Source of the DNA: an uncultured Methylomirabilota bacterium
GTDB taxonomy: Bacteria > Methylomirabilota > Methylomirabilia > Methylomirabilales > 2-02-FULL-66-22
Direction of reading: 5' to 3'
DNA: 64,000 nt
Assembly (NCBI GenBank): GCA_963705305.1
Contig: OY970067.1
Span: forward strand, 5,312,001-5,376,000
Made by a program: the position numbers and the translations under genes. Shown here piece after piece: positions 1-10,312 of the stretch. The notes under the pieces were generated by a model that was not told the origin of the DNA, ran no database searches, and saw only the letters and a list, made by a program, of their open reading frames with translations. Within the stretch, counting starts at the first letter, position 1; every line of letters starts with the position of its first letter.

Positions 1-506
1 TGCGCGAAGCTCACATACCGCTCCACCTTCTGGGGGAAGGCCATCACGAACATGCCGCCATATTGCGTCCCCCAGGACCAGCCCAGTAGGTCCACCTTGG
101 CCACCCCTCGGAGCTTGAGGACGTAATCCACGACGGCGTTGAGGTCCTCGCTCGCCTCTTGTGTCGTCATGTGGCTCTCGGGATGTGTTGAGCGACCGAA
201 GCCCCGGGTGTCCAGGGCGAAGACGTCGAAGCCGGCCTGGGCCAGGCAATCCATGAGGCTGTACGAGGGTTTCCCCGGAACCTGCAAGTCGAAACTCTCC
301 TTGCCCGCCGTCGCCGACCCATGGGCCAGGACGACGACCTTCTTTCCGGCGGGGCTCCCGGCGTATTTCTCCCAGACGTAGAGCTTCATGCCGGCCGCCT
401 CGACCCAGTGGTCCACCCCCGTGACCTGCTGGGCGGATACCCCAGGCGCACAGGCGAAACTGACGCACGCTGTCAGGACCAATCCTATCAATGTGGATGC
501 TCTCAT
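1..506 (-). CDS. Secreted alpha/beta-fold hydrolase (3' end runs off the window)
   Basis: Manual translation from ATG 506 (RBS AGGAGG): signal-like MRASTLIGLVLTACVSFACAPGVSAQ, then VVVLAHGS, GFDVFALDTRGFGRS and nucleophile elbow LLGWSWG. Not in the ORF track because it has no stop inside the window. Confidence 0.85.
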   Translation of the reverse strand, partial: MRASTLIGLVLTACVSFACAPGVSAQQVTGVDHWVEAAGMKLYVWEKYAGSPAGKKVVVLAHGSATAGKESFDLQVPGKPSYSLMDCLAQAGFDVFALDTRGFGRSTHPESHMTTQEASEDLNAVVDYVLKLRGVAKVDLLGWSWGTQYGGMFVMAFPQKVERYVSFA

Positions 507-1201
507 CGGTGCCTCCTGAGGGTTGACTGCCGTGATCGGGCGTCCGGTCCGGGTCCGTCACTCCCGGGCTGCCCAGGGGGTGAGCGGGTTCGATTGTCTT
601 TTTCGGAAGGGGAGAGCGGGGGGAACAGAGGTGGGCCGTGGCGCCGCTTGCCGGACAGCCGAACCGAAGAAAGTCCGATGCGCCGCCGCAGCCCTGGGGA
701 GAGGGATTTCCCTCCGGGGCTCGAGGGCCGCCTTGTCCGGATTCCGCTCCGACCACGACCTGGCCATCGGCGGCCGTGCATCGCCGTACCTAATCCCTGG
801 GAGAGGCCGGGCCGCACGTCAGCCGGCCTCACCCCAGGATCCGGGCACTGAATGCTGATGTCATGCCGGTGGAACGGGCTGGCTGGAACGCTATGCCGGA
901 TGGGAGGCGTTGTCAACAGGCACCGCGAGGATGGATCTGAGGGCTGAACGAAGGAACCAAATGGTCGGACTTGGATTCGTCGGCCCTCCAGGATGTCTCA
1001 CACAGGAAGATTGTTGAGGGAAGGGGATTGTGATAAGAGCGGCCCGAGCCCGCTGACGGCGCGATGTCCCAGTGCAATCCGGTTGTTGGAGGAACGTCGA
1101 GATTCTGGGATCCGCCGGTTGCCCCATCCCTCGCGGATCACCGCGGGCCTTTTTCACCTCTTCGAATGCGGAGTGACGTAGGGGCCGGATGGAGGCGGAC
1201 A

Positions 1202-3442
1202 TCAGCGCGCGGGGGCGCGTTCCAGGGCGCGCCGGATCGCGGCGGTCAGCGGATCGGAGGGAGCGCTGCCCACATATTCCAGCAGCAGGCTCCGGGCCGC
1301 GGGCTGCGGGCTGCGCATCAAGGCATCCGCCGCAGCCCGACGGACCAGCAGGGCATGGTCCGCATCGGAGAGCACGGCCCCCAGCGCGCCAACGGCCGAC
1401 TCCGAAGGGATCACCGCCAGGGCCTGGACGGCTTTCTCGAGGGCGCCAGCTTTCGTCCCTTTGTGAAGCTGGATGAACCGCCCCAGGCCGTCCACCGTGG
1501 CCGGGTCCTTCCGGAACACGAGCTCGTCGAGCGCTTTTTCCGCCAGGCTCGCATCCAGGGTTGTCAGCGAATCCGTCAGGGCGGTCGTCGAGCCGGGGAT
1601 CTGGCATTTCAGCAGGGCAGCCAAGGCCGCCTGTTGCACCCGCGCGTCGGGGTGCTGCAGCACCTCCCGCAGCGCCTGGGGCGTCTCGGGATCGACCAGA
1701 TCTCCGAGGACGTAGCACGCGTTGCGCACGACGTACCAGCGCTCGTCGGACAGCCGCTTTCGCGCTGCCTCCGTCGCGGCCGGCCCGAACTCTGCCAGCA
1801 GGCGCAGCAGCCGCACGCGGTTGGGGGCAACCGTCTCCTCGACCAGGCGCTCGAACACCGCCTCGGCACCGGCGGGGCCCAGCCACGTCAACAGATCCAC
1901 CGTTGTCTTGGCCAACCCGGCGTCGCCGCGCTTTTCCATGTACAGGTTGATCAACGGCCCGGCGCTCGCGGGGGGTAAAAGCTGCCGCAGTGTTTCGCCG
2001 CAGCAGTCCGCGTGCCGGCGACGGTCGCGCGCCCACGATCGATCCAGCGCCGTCCCGACCCGGTGGGCAATCTCGAAGCCCTCGTGGTTCGCGGCCATGT
2101 GGACCAGATCCAGGAGGACGGCAACCAGTAATTCGTGGCATCCCCCCGCGAGGTGGCGGTCGTCCAGCAACTCCGCGCCGACCCGCTCGGCAACCTCGGC
2201 GACGAACGAGGCCGTCACCGGCTCGGCCATGGCCCGGACCAGCTCGACAGCCCGGGGGAGCTCCGCCTGCACGCGGGGGGACGGCGCCGCGAGGAAGCCG
2301 AAGTAATGGCGGGTCACCTCGACGGCCTCGTCGACCTTCTTCGCCTGGAGGGATTCCTTCACGAAGTCGAACAGGTAGCGAAACTGCTGGCTGTCGTACT
2401 GGGTGATCTGCAGGAGGCGATCGCGCTTCTCGCGCCGTGACAGGCTGTGCCACATGACCGCCTGCTGGATCCGATCGAACAGCTCGGGGGGCAGATTTGC
2501 CTCTTCGAGGGTGCGGGACAGCTTTTGCAGGAGGCGGTCCACCATTCGGGTCATATTGAGGCCGACCATCATAACCCGTAAGGCCTCTTCTTCGCCGGTG
2601 GCCGTCAACGCCTGCTCGTGGGCCGCGGCGAGGCGCCGGGTGGCCCAGTGGATCGTCATGTCCTCCAGGGTGTCGGCGGCGATGTCCTCGGCGGGGCGGC
2701 CGCGCAGCTCGGCCTGCTTGTTGGAGGACAGGGATGACAAGAAACGGTCAGGGGTCACCTCCTCCACGACCCGCGCCAGGGCGCTCGCGATCTCGCGGGG
2801 GTCGGTCTTCTGGTCCAGAAAGGCGGTCTCCGCGGCCTTCCCCGCCAGCTCGATGATATCGCTTCCGCTCGGCGGGGCGCTGAAGGCCTTTTCCACCTGC
2901 GCGCAGTGCAAAAGGACGTCCAGAGCCCTGCCGGGCTTGGATTCCTGGGCGGGCAGGTCGTCTCCCGCCATCAAATAGGACTCGGTGTCCATGCCGAGGA
3001 TGGTGTCCCCCTCTTCCGGTCTCTTGACTGGGTGGACCCGTGCCCTGGCGAGTGGATGCGCATCGAGAAACGCCCTGATGCCGCCCTCCTGTTCGAGGGT
3101 CTTCGGCTTGACGGCCAGGATATTCACCGTCTGCTTGAACTCCGGCAAGTCGATCCCTGTCAGGAACGTGACAGCGGCAATGCCCCGCCTCGTGATCTCC
3201 GTGTCCAGCAGGCGCAAGGTCGGCTCGTCGGTCAGGAGGTCGTTCAAGAGCAGGCGGCGATTCATGAAGCCGAAGATCAATTGGGGCATCTGCTGGAGGA
3301 GAGGCTGGAGACTCTCGTGCGCTTGCTGGAGGGCGCGATCAACCGCGGGATGCTCCACCGAATACATGACCGCGGTCTTATACGCGGTCTGGAGGGCGCG
3401 CCCGAATGCCACGCCGTCGATCTTCAGTTGCGCTCTGTCCAT
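1202..3442 (-). CDS. HEAT-repeat domain protein
   Basis: 746 aa helical ORF. C-terminal HEAT-like units (LSDERWYVVRNACYVLG, LQHPDARVQQAALAAL, VRRAAADAL). Confidence 0.8.
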   Translation of the reverse strand: MDRAQLKIDGVAFGRALQTAYKTAVMYSVEHPAVDRALQQAHESLQPLLQQMPQLIFGFMNRRLLLNDLLTDEPTLRLLDTEITRRGIAAVTFLTGIDLPEFKQTVNILAVKPKTLEQEGGIRAFLDAHPLARARVHPVKRPEEGDTILGMDTESYLMAGDDLPAQESKPGRALDVLLHCAQVEKAFSAPPSGSDIIELAGKAAETAFLDQKTDPREIASALARVVEEVTPDRFLSSLSSNKQAELRGRPAEDIAADTLEDMTIHWATRRLAAAHEQALTATGEEEALRVMMVGLNMTRMVDRLLQKLSRTLEEANLPPELFDRIQQAVMWHSLSRREKRDRLLQITQYDSQQFRYLFDFVKESLQAKKVDEAVEVTRHYFGFLAAPSPRVQAELPRAVELVRAMAEPVTASFVAEVAERVGAELLDDRHLAGGCHELLVAVLLDLVHMAANHEGFEIAHRVGTALDRSWARDRRRHADCCGETLRQLLPPASAGPLINLYMEKRGDAGLAKTTVDLLTWLGPAGAEAVFERLVEETVAPNRVRLLRLLAEFGPAATEAARKRLSDERWYVVRNACYVLGDLVDPETPQALREVLQHPDARVQQAALAALLKCQIPGSTTALTDSLTTLDASLAEKALDELVFRKDPATVDGLGRFIQLHKGTKAGALEKAVQALAVIPSESAVGALGAVLSDADHALLVRRAAADALMRSPQPAARSLLLEYVGSAPSDPLTAAIRRALERAPAR

Positions 3443-4227
3443 GGCCTCAAGGGAGAAAGAATTCCCGATGATGCCGCCGCTCGACGCGAGGCAACACTGT
3501 AGAGTCTCGGGCGTCCGCGGGGCTTCGCCTTCGAGTGTCCTTCTCCGGCTTTGTCCGCGAGTCTCACTGCCGGACGACGAGTGCAGCGCCTCACAGAGAG
3601 CGAAAGAAAAGCGAGTTAATTGGTCCTACTCTACCGTCTGGGTCGGGCGGAGTCAAGGATGTTCCCGGGATTGCCGCCCCCGGCTTTCATGCGTCACAGG
3701 CGACAAGTCGGGGTAAGTCTTGGTGATCCTGGCTGGAGAGCGGATCTTGGACCATGGTCGAATCCTGCGTGAGCTCGCAGACGAGACCTTCGCGCTCCGC
3801 TCCCCCGGACGAGTTGAAAATCCCAGGAGTCAGATCAAGACAATGTGCTCCGACCGGAGGGCGAGCTCACCGTGACCGACGTGGACGGACGCACCCGGCC
3901 AACCGACCGGCGGCTCGTCGCCGTGGGGGTGGTCCGCGCGGGAGCCTTCGCGGAGCTTTCTCGCCCCGCCGCTCGCCGATGGGGAGCGGGCAGGGGCTTG
4001 CGTCAAGGCTTGCGGGGGCTGCCGGCATTCTGGCTCTCCCCCTTTTTCCGGGAGTTGGCCGCCGCCACATGTGCCAGGGCCAGCACCATGCGCGCCACAA
4101 GAGTCGTAGCCGCGTTTCCAGAATCCATCGCACTGAGGCCGCTGGGGATCCATGGCAGGGCTCCAGCGCAACAAATGGCCGCCGACAGGCGGCATAGCCA
4201 TCCACGGGGTGGATATGATCAAGGGTG

Positions 4228-4854
4228 CTAAAGACTGTAGAGGGCCAGCATGTTCCGCAGCAGCCGCGCGGCCCGGTGGGGGTTGAAAATCCCGCAGAGG
4301 CATGGCTTGGCCAGCTCGACAGACGCCTTTTCTACGGTGATTTTATTCTCTTTAATATCCATCACGATCTTCTTCACCAAGCTGCCGGAAACCAGACCAT
4401 GGCCGCACATGGTGACGAAATCCAGGATCTCCGGAGGCCAGAGCTTCTGGCGGTTGCCGTGCACCCCCAGCGCGAACTCGATCAACGGGGGCTTGATCCC
4501 CGCCTGATGGCAGCAGTCGAAGACTTCATCGAACAGACCCGAAACGACGACAGAAATCCCGACATCCTCCTCCTTCAACTCCTTCATGCAGCGGATCAGG
4601 CTCTCCTTATTGTTGAAAACCACCTGGCATCCAACGCTGAGCCGTTGCATAATCTCCTCGGGATTCATCGTGTACTTGTTCCCGACCTTGCAGTCCCCAA
4701 AATGCAGATCGGTATATTTGGTCATAATGCGGGCGATCCGCTGCAACCGGGGGCCGGCGTTCTCGTTGTTGAATCCCCTGGCCACGTGGGTGAGCATGGG
4801 GAAGTCTGCTCGCAAGCTCTCCGGATCCCCGGTCCGGTGCAACGTGTGCGTCAT
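4228..4854 (-). CDS. Cys-rich hypothetical protein, probable partner of the adjacent 4Fe-4S protein
   Basis: Likely start MTHTLHRTG at 4854. Motifs FDCCH, TMCGHG and KPCLCGIFNP; coding-like codon usage. Confidence 0.75.
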   Translation of the reverse strand: MTHTLHRTGDPESLRADFPMLTHVARGFNNENAGPRLQRIARIMTKYTDLHFGDCKVGNKYTMNPEEIMQRLSVGCQVVFNNKESLIRCMKELKEEDVGISVVVSGLFDEVFDCCHQAGIKPPLIEFALGVHGNRQKLWPPEILDFVTMCGHGLVSGSLVKKIVMDIKENKITVEKASVELAKPCLCGIFNPHRAARLLRNMLALYSL

Positions 4855-5021
4855 GCGAATCCTCTCCGCATTAATTGGCTTGGGAGTCGCTGGTACGGTC
4901 CGAGCGTGCATCCACGACCCCCGGCCCGGAGACTGACTGCGCGGGGGCACAGACGACGCCGCACTCCGTGGATGTAACCATCACCAGTAATGTCCCTTGG
5001 GGTGATCGGCCAGTAGAGCCG

Positions 5022-5756
5022 TCAGCGGTTCAGGGCCCTTCCCAGGCCCAGGTTTACCTTGCCGTTGGGGTACACAGGGAACCCTGCCTCTTTCACAATC
5101 TGCAGGGCTGGGGCCACCTCTTCCTCCTCGGGGAAAGAGATCAAGTCTACCGAGAAGAGGCAATCGACCTGCAAGGAGACATCCTTTATGGATTCGAGCA
5201 CAGTCCGGAGCTGTGACGGTTTCACCTCGAACTCGAGGATGGCCGAAATCACCTTTTCCCGCCTCAATTCCGGTCTCAATCTGCCAGTCGTCACATCTTC
5301 GAACAGTGAATTGACCGGGTTTCTTGGCTCGAAGGTTATCCCGATCCTTGCAAGCGCCATGGCGATGGTCTCCAGATCTTCCAGGCGGGCACCGATGCCC
5401 GGACGCCCAACCTCTACCGCCATCCCATACGCGCCCCTCTTGAATCGCCCCGAGACCTCGTTCGTCTTCATCTCCTCGGTGCCCCGCCCCGGGACCCCGG
5501 TATTCTTGTGCTCCACCATTGGATCGCTGAAGACCTGCCGTACGGTCCGGGGCCAGGCGATCGGCGGCATGTAGATCGCCTCCGCCTGGCATACCCCGGA
5601 ACGAAGACAGACCCCGCACTCCACGCACTCGTCCTCGTCAATCCTGGATATTCCCCTTTGCGGATACCGCTCATCGCGGTGGCGCTGGATCGCACCCACG
5701 GGACAATAATCCATGCAAAGGGAACAGCCGACGCACTTCCCCGTATCGATCCTCAT
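5022..5756 (-). CDS. 4Fe-4S dicluster (ferredoxin-type) protein with an uncharacterised C-terminal domain
   Basis: CVGCSLCMDYCP and CVECGVCLRSGVC motifs in the N-terminal ~60 aa, followed by ~180 aa including PGRGTEEMKTNEVSGRF. Confidence 0.85.
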   Translation of the reverse strand: MRIDTGKCVGCSLCMDYCPVGAIQRHRDERYPQRGISRIDEDECVECGVCLRSGVCQAEAIYMPPIAWPRTVRQVFSDPMVEHKNTGVPGRGTEEMKTNEVSGRFKRGAYGMAVEVGRPGIGARLEDLETIAMALARIGITFEPRNPVNSLFEDVTTGRLRPELRREKVISAILEFEVKPSQLRTVLESIKDVSLQVDCLFSVDLISFPEEEEVAPALQIVKEAGFPVYPNGKVNLGLGRALNR

Positions 5757-6276
5757 CGAAGACTCCGCATTCTCGGCTCCGAGTTCCTCCGGGGCGTCTC
5801 TCTCTTGTCGAAGAAGGATAGCGTAGATGCCTGGAGCCCGGCGGTTCTCCTTTTGTGGGAGGAGGGTAGCGCCCCAAGGACCTGTGCTTCCTTGGGGGGC
5901 GCCACCGCGTTTGGTTCTTAGAATGCGCCCCCGCTACATGGGCAAGAGCCGAATGCCGTCTCCTGCAGGCTTATCTGGGAACGGCTCGATGTCCTGGACT
6001 AGGTCATCACTCGCATTGCCGCATGGAGGATTGGTAGCCATATTCCGATCCGCCAAAACCCAACGATCCAAGAGAATACTGGCTCCCTGTGGAAATCGGA
6101 TATTGGGATAGACCTCCCTCCCTTTTATCGTCATGGCACAACCCACCGGGGTGCTGTCGGACCCCACAGCCGCCAGGCCCACGCTCACCTGGAGCGCCCG
6201 GACGCGCGTATGCAGGTGCCTCCCGACCCCACTCCACCGCAGAGTGTCTTAGCAACTCTCTACGACATGTCCCGCT

Positions 6277-6945
6277 TCACTCCACGAAGGCCACGGCGCG
6301 GACGGGCGAGCCGTCCGCCCCTTCGATGGGGAGCGGCAGGGCCGCAAATCCGCAGCGGGGGACCCCAATCTGATCCAGGTTGGTCAGGTATTCGATGACC
6401 GTGATTCCGACCGGGAAGAAGGCATGGTGCGTCGTGTTGTCCTCGCGTGCGAGCTTCTTGTGAGGTTCAAAAATCATAGTCCGGATGCAGTAGTCGGGCG
6501 GGTAATCATAGCCGACAGCTTTGACTTTTCGCCGAATCAACCAGTCGCAGGCGCTTTGCCCCGTGAAGGGGGCGTCCCTCCAGAACTTCTCCATCTCCAC
6601 GCTGACGCGTCGGGGCCAATCGGTCCGCAGTAAGACGATGTCTCCCGCTCGGATATGCCGACCTTGCCGTTCGATGTCTGCCGCCCTCACCTCCCCGTTC
6701 TCGTGGACGTGGGTCAGGTCCACGACGGCCGCCTCTCCGACCCACTGGTCCACAGGCATCTCAGCGATGTGCCGATTCCCCGGCAGGAAGTGCAGGGGGG
6801 CATCCACGTGCGTAAACGCATGACAGTGGACGGTCAACACGGTGGACTGGGACAGATCCCCCCGTGCGTGGGACGTTCGTAGCTCCGTTGCCACCTTCCA
6901 GCGAAAGTGCGGCCTGATCGGAAATGTCAGATCCACGATGCGCAT
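6277..6945 (-). CDS. Cyclase family (kynurenine formamidase-like) metal-dependent hydrolase
   Basis: MRIVDLT start, HAFTHVDAPLHF (variant of HxGTHxDxPxH), GDIVLLRT, IEYLTNL, ADGSPVRAVA. Confidence 0.9.
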   Translation of the reverse strand: MRIVDLTFPIRPHFRWKVATELRTSHARGDLSQSTVLTVHCHAFTHVDAPLHFLPGNRHIAEMPVDQWVGEAAVVDLTHVHENGEVRAADIERQGRHIRAGDIVLLRTDWPRRVSVEMEKFWRDAPFTGQSACDWLIRRKVKAVGYDYPPDYCIRTMIFEPHKKLAREDNTTHHAFFPVGITVIEYLTNLDQIGVPRCGFAALPLPIEGADGSPVRAVAFVE

Positions 6946-7011
6946 CGTAATTCCCCCATGCAGATCGGCACAGCCTCCTTGACTCTGGCAAAATCACATG
7001 CCCCCGACCGG

Positions 7012-8910
7012 CTAGCCACCCAAGTGCATGAGATGGGGCACCACCAGGCTAAACCAGGGCACGAAGGCCACCAGGGCCAAGCCAAGCGCCAAGACGACCA
7101 GGTAGGGCAGGATGCGCGGCACTGTCTCCTCCATGGAGGCCCCGCACACCGCACATGTGACGTACAGCCCGATGCCGACGGGCGGTGAAAAGAGCCCTAT
7201 GCCCATACCGAAGATCAGCAAAATGCCATAATGGAGCGGGTTAATTCCCAATTGGGTAGCTACCGGGAGGAGCATCGGGCCGAAAATCAATAGGGCGGGC
7301 AGCCCCTCTAACAGAGCCCCGACGAACACCAGGCAGAGCACGCTGCCCAACAGGAAAAGCCATCGCGCCCCCCCGGCGAGGCCCAGCAACTTGCTGACGA
7401 GCTGTGGCATATTGGCAATCGTCAGGGTCCAGGAGAATGCCGTGGCCGCGGCAACGATGAACAAGATCATCCCGGACATCGCGGCGGCCTCCGCCAGGAC
7501 GCGGCGGAGATCAGCTGGACTGAGGCTGTGGTACAGAAAGATCGAGACGGCCAGGGCATATGCTACGGCGAAGGCTGAGACCTCGGTGGGGGTGGCAATA
7601 CCCGTGAGGATTCCGCCCACGAGGAGGATGGGTACCAGCAGGGCCGGCAGGGCGTGGACGCCAGCCCGCCACTGCCCTCGCCAGGGGACACGCGGTGTCG
7701 GGCGCCGGCCCGCGAGTCGAGCTCGCACATAGATGAGGAGCATCAGGCAGAGGCCCACCACGATAGCGGGGAGCAGGCCAGCCAGGAAGAGGGCCCCCAC
7801 CGAGATGGTTGTGATAGACCCCAGCACCAGCATGGGGATACTCGGTGGCACGGTTTCGCCCATCACCGCCGCGGCGGCCAGCACTGCCGCCGTCTCGGAG
7901 GGCTCGTAGCCCTGCTCGCGCAGCATGTCGCGCATCGCCGTGCCGACGGCGGCGACATCGGCCACCTTGGAGCCAGAAATGCCTGAGAAGATATACATGG
8001 TGATGACGATGACCTGGAGGAGACCCCCCCGCAGGGGACCCACCAACGTTTGCACGAATTCCGCAAGGGGTCGGCTGAGCCCGCCATCCGTCATCAGGAA
8101 GCCGGCCAGAACGAAGAAGGGGACCGCTAGCAAGACGAAATTGGCGATGCCGCCTTGCATGGTGATCGGGATCGAGTAGAGTGGCGCTATGCCGGAGGTG
8201 TAGAGGTAGAGGAGCGAGATCAGCGCAAGGACGAAACCGATGGGGATTGCCGCCAAGAGCAACACGACGAAGAATCCGATGGAAAGCCAGAGGACGACTG
8301 CATTCTGACCCCAGGGGCCCCGGAGGTCTTGCACGCACACCAAGGCCAGCAGCAGACAGAGAAGCCCGGCACCCGTGGCCAACACGGTACGCCCAGGCTG
8401 CCACCAGAGGCGCCAGGCCGCGAAACCGGCCAACAGGGCTACGCCGATGAGGAGCGGCAGGATGTACCAGGCCATGCGCATGCCGAGAATGAGCGTCCGG
8501 TCCTCCCAGCGGCTGACGAGCACGGGCAGCGCAAGCCCCCCCAGGAAGATCGAGAGCCATAGCACGAGCCAATCCATGAGGGCCGTCGCCGCCCGGCGCC
8601 AGACGGGTGAGAACCGACCGACCACCGCCTGCATCGCCATGTGCTGCCCCCGGGGGTATGCGACGGCGCCACCGACGAAGGCCACTACCGTCAAGGCGAG
8701 CTGGGCAATCTCTTCGGTCCAAAGGAGGGAGGAGTGGAAGAGAGACCGGTCTATGACGTCGGCCAAGATGAGCACCAACTCGCCGAGTAAAAAGGAGATG
8801 AGCACCGTGTCCAGGGCAGCATCCACCCACTTCGGCAGCGGAGGGATGATGTCCGTCGAGGCGGCTGTGAGAGCTTCGGTGTCCACCATTACCGCCTCGG
8901 TGCGAGCCAT
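7012..8910 (-). CDS. TRAP transporter fused small+large permease (DctQ-DctM)
   Basis: N-terminal DctQ motifs (WTEEIAQ, HMAM) and DctM motifs (LLAVPFFVLAG, FSGISGS, VPPSIPM, GIATPTE, SPPVG). Confidence 0.92.
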   Translation of the reverse strand: MARTEAVMVDTEALTAASTDIIPPLPKWVDAALDTVLISFLLGELVLILADVIDRSLFHSSLLWTEEIAQLALTVVAFVGGAVAYPRGQHMAMQAVVGRFSPVWRRAATALMDWLVLWLSIFLGGLALPVLVSRWEDRTLILGMRMAWYILPLLIGVALLAGFAAWRLWWQPGRTVLATGAGLLCLLLALVCVQDLRGPWGQNAVVLWLSIGFFVVLLLAAIPIGFVLALISLLYLYTSGIAPLYSIPITMQGGIANFVLLAVPFFVLAGFLMTDGGLSRPLAEFVQTLVGPLRGGLLQVIVITMYIFSGISGSKVADVAAVGTAMRDMLREQGYEPSETAAVLAAAAVMGETVPPSIPMLVLGSITTISVGALFLAGLLPAIVVGLCLMLLIYVRARLAGRRPTPRVPWRGQWRAGVHALPALLVPILLVGGILTGIATPTEVSAFAVAYALAVSIFLYHSLSPADLRRVLAEAAAMSGMILFIVAAATAFSWTLTIANMPQLVSKLLGLAGGARWLFLLGSVLCLVFVGALLEGLPALLIFGPMLLPVATQLGINPLHYGILLIFGMGIGLFSPPVGIGLYVTCAVCGASMEETVPRILPYLVVLALGLALVAFVPWFSLVVPHLMHLGG

Positions 8911-9069
8911 GTTCTGGATTGCCTCACGTGGCTACCGGCGTGTCAGCGGACACTGAGAGCTTGTCCGCTGGACGTGAAATGCGGACGGGCACGTCCACCT
9001 GTGTCGAACAGGGGTCAGCGGCCCGTCCGCTGGGCCGGGGACAGCCACTTGAGGGCTGGGTCCCGGATC

Positions 9070-10053
9070 CTACTGTGTGCTCCGAGCTCTGTCCAAGAAG
9101 CTGCGGCCGAACTTCTTCGCATACTCGTCGGCTGTTGGGTCCGCCACAATCTTGCGGAACGCGTCGCGGTCGGGGTTCTCCTCCACCTGCATGCCGGCCG
9201 CCTTCATCGCTGCTAAGTTCTTGCCCTCGACCTGCCGGTTGAGCCGGCGTTGCCAGTCTCGCGCCTCCTGCATCGCTTCCAGCAGCGCCTTCTGGTACTC
9301 CGGCTTCAGCGCCTGGTACTCCTTGAGATTCATCACGACATTTGTGCAGGTATATGCGTGCTCGGTCAGGGACAGGTACTTCTGGACCTCGTAGAACTTG
9401 CTGTTGTAAATCAGTTCGATCGGATTCTCCTCCCCGTCGACGGTTCCCGTGCTCAAAGCCAAATAGACTTCGGGGAAGGGCATGGGCACCGGATCCGCCC
9501 CCAGGAGCCGGAACGCCTGGATGTGGGCGAGGTTCGGGGTGGTCCGGATCCTCAGCCCCTTGACATCCCCCGGCTCCTTCACCTGGCGCTTGTTGTTGGT
9601 GATGTTCCGGAAGCCGATCTCCAGGATCCCGAGGGGCGTCATGCCGTGCTTTTCCAGCAGGCTCCGGAGCTCGACCCCGATTGGGCCGTCGAGGACGCTG
9701 TACGCTTGATGATAATCTCGGAAAAGATAGGGCAGGTCGAAAAGGTTCAGCTCCGGGACAAGCGTCGTGAAGAAGGGGTTGCCCGTCATTCCGATGTCAA
9801 TCGTCCCGAATCTCACGCCATCCAGGACCTGCTGGTCGTTGCCAAGCTGCCCTGCAGGAAAGACCTGGACCCGGATGGCGTTGTTGGTCTTCTCCGCAAC
9901 CCGCTTGGCAAAATACTCTGCACCGAGGTTAATTGTATCCTGGGGCGCGTTCGTATGCCCAAACCGGAGCATTATTTGCGCATTAGCTGCCTGGACTGAA
10001 AAGAGCAACAGGGCAAGTAGGACGAGGCAGCTATACCGGGTGCGTAGTGACAT
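9070..10053 (-). CDS. dctP: TRAP transporter substrate-binding protein, DctP family
   Basis: Signal peptide; FPAGQLG, FDLPYLF, GFRNIT, GLRIR (carboxylate-binding Arg), EVYLALSTGTVDGEENP. Confidence 0.93.
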   Translation of the reverse strand: MSLRTRYSCLVLLALLLFSVQAANAQIMLRFGHTNAPQDTINLGAEYFAKRVAEKTNNAIRVQVFPAGQLGNDQQVLDGVRFGTIDIGMTGNPFFTTLVPELNLFDLPYLFRDYHQAYSVLDGPIGVELRSLLEKHGMTPLGILEIGFRNITNNKRQVKEPGDVKGLRIRTTPNLAHIQAFRLLGADPVPMPFPEVYLALSTGTVDGEENPIELIYNSKFYEVQKYLSLTEHAYTCTNVVMNLKEYQALKPEYQKALLEAMQEARDWQRRLNRQVEGKNLAAMKAAGMQVEENPDRDAFRKIVADPTADEYAKKFGRSFLDRARSTQ

Positions 10054-10142
10054 GGCTCCCTCCTCTGCGGTACCTCATACCGCAACCACACCTAGTCTTC
10101 ACAAATCCTGCCCGCGGTTATACACTCCTTCGGGCCAGAGCT

Positions 10143-10172
10143 CTAGCAGGCTGCTGAAAAAGTCCCATCTGC
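10143..10172 (+). mobile_element. Solitary IS/MITE-like terminal sequence
   Basis: CTAG followed by CAGGCTGCTGAAAAAGTCCCATCTGC resembles GGCTGCTGAAAAA-type terminal repeats of IS5/IS1182-related elements. No matching opposite end or transposase nearby. Confidence 0.45.
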
Positions 10173-10312
10173 CGTCGACGAAGCCTCTCGATCGCGGTCG
10201 CGTGCTCGTCTCCCGGACGACTTCCGCGGTAAGCTCCTTCGCAGGCCGGTTCGAGTGTGGCCCAGGCTCACCGTGGGAGGGAATTGCACTTTGGCCTCCC
10301 GTGCGGGACCGA

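Noticed and set aside
3845..4231. ORF beginning VLRPEGELTVTD, reminiscent of a SAM-methyltransferase motif
   Set aside because: Only ~12 residues of resemblance, no SAM-binding motif I, and the rest is low-complexity.
5934..6188. Lower-GC 66-84 aa ORF between the cyclase and Fe-S genes
   Set aside because: No motif or convincing RBS; cannot be distinguished from intergenic DNA.
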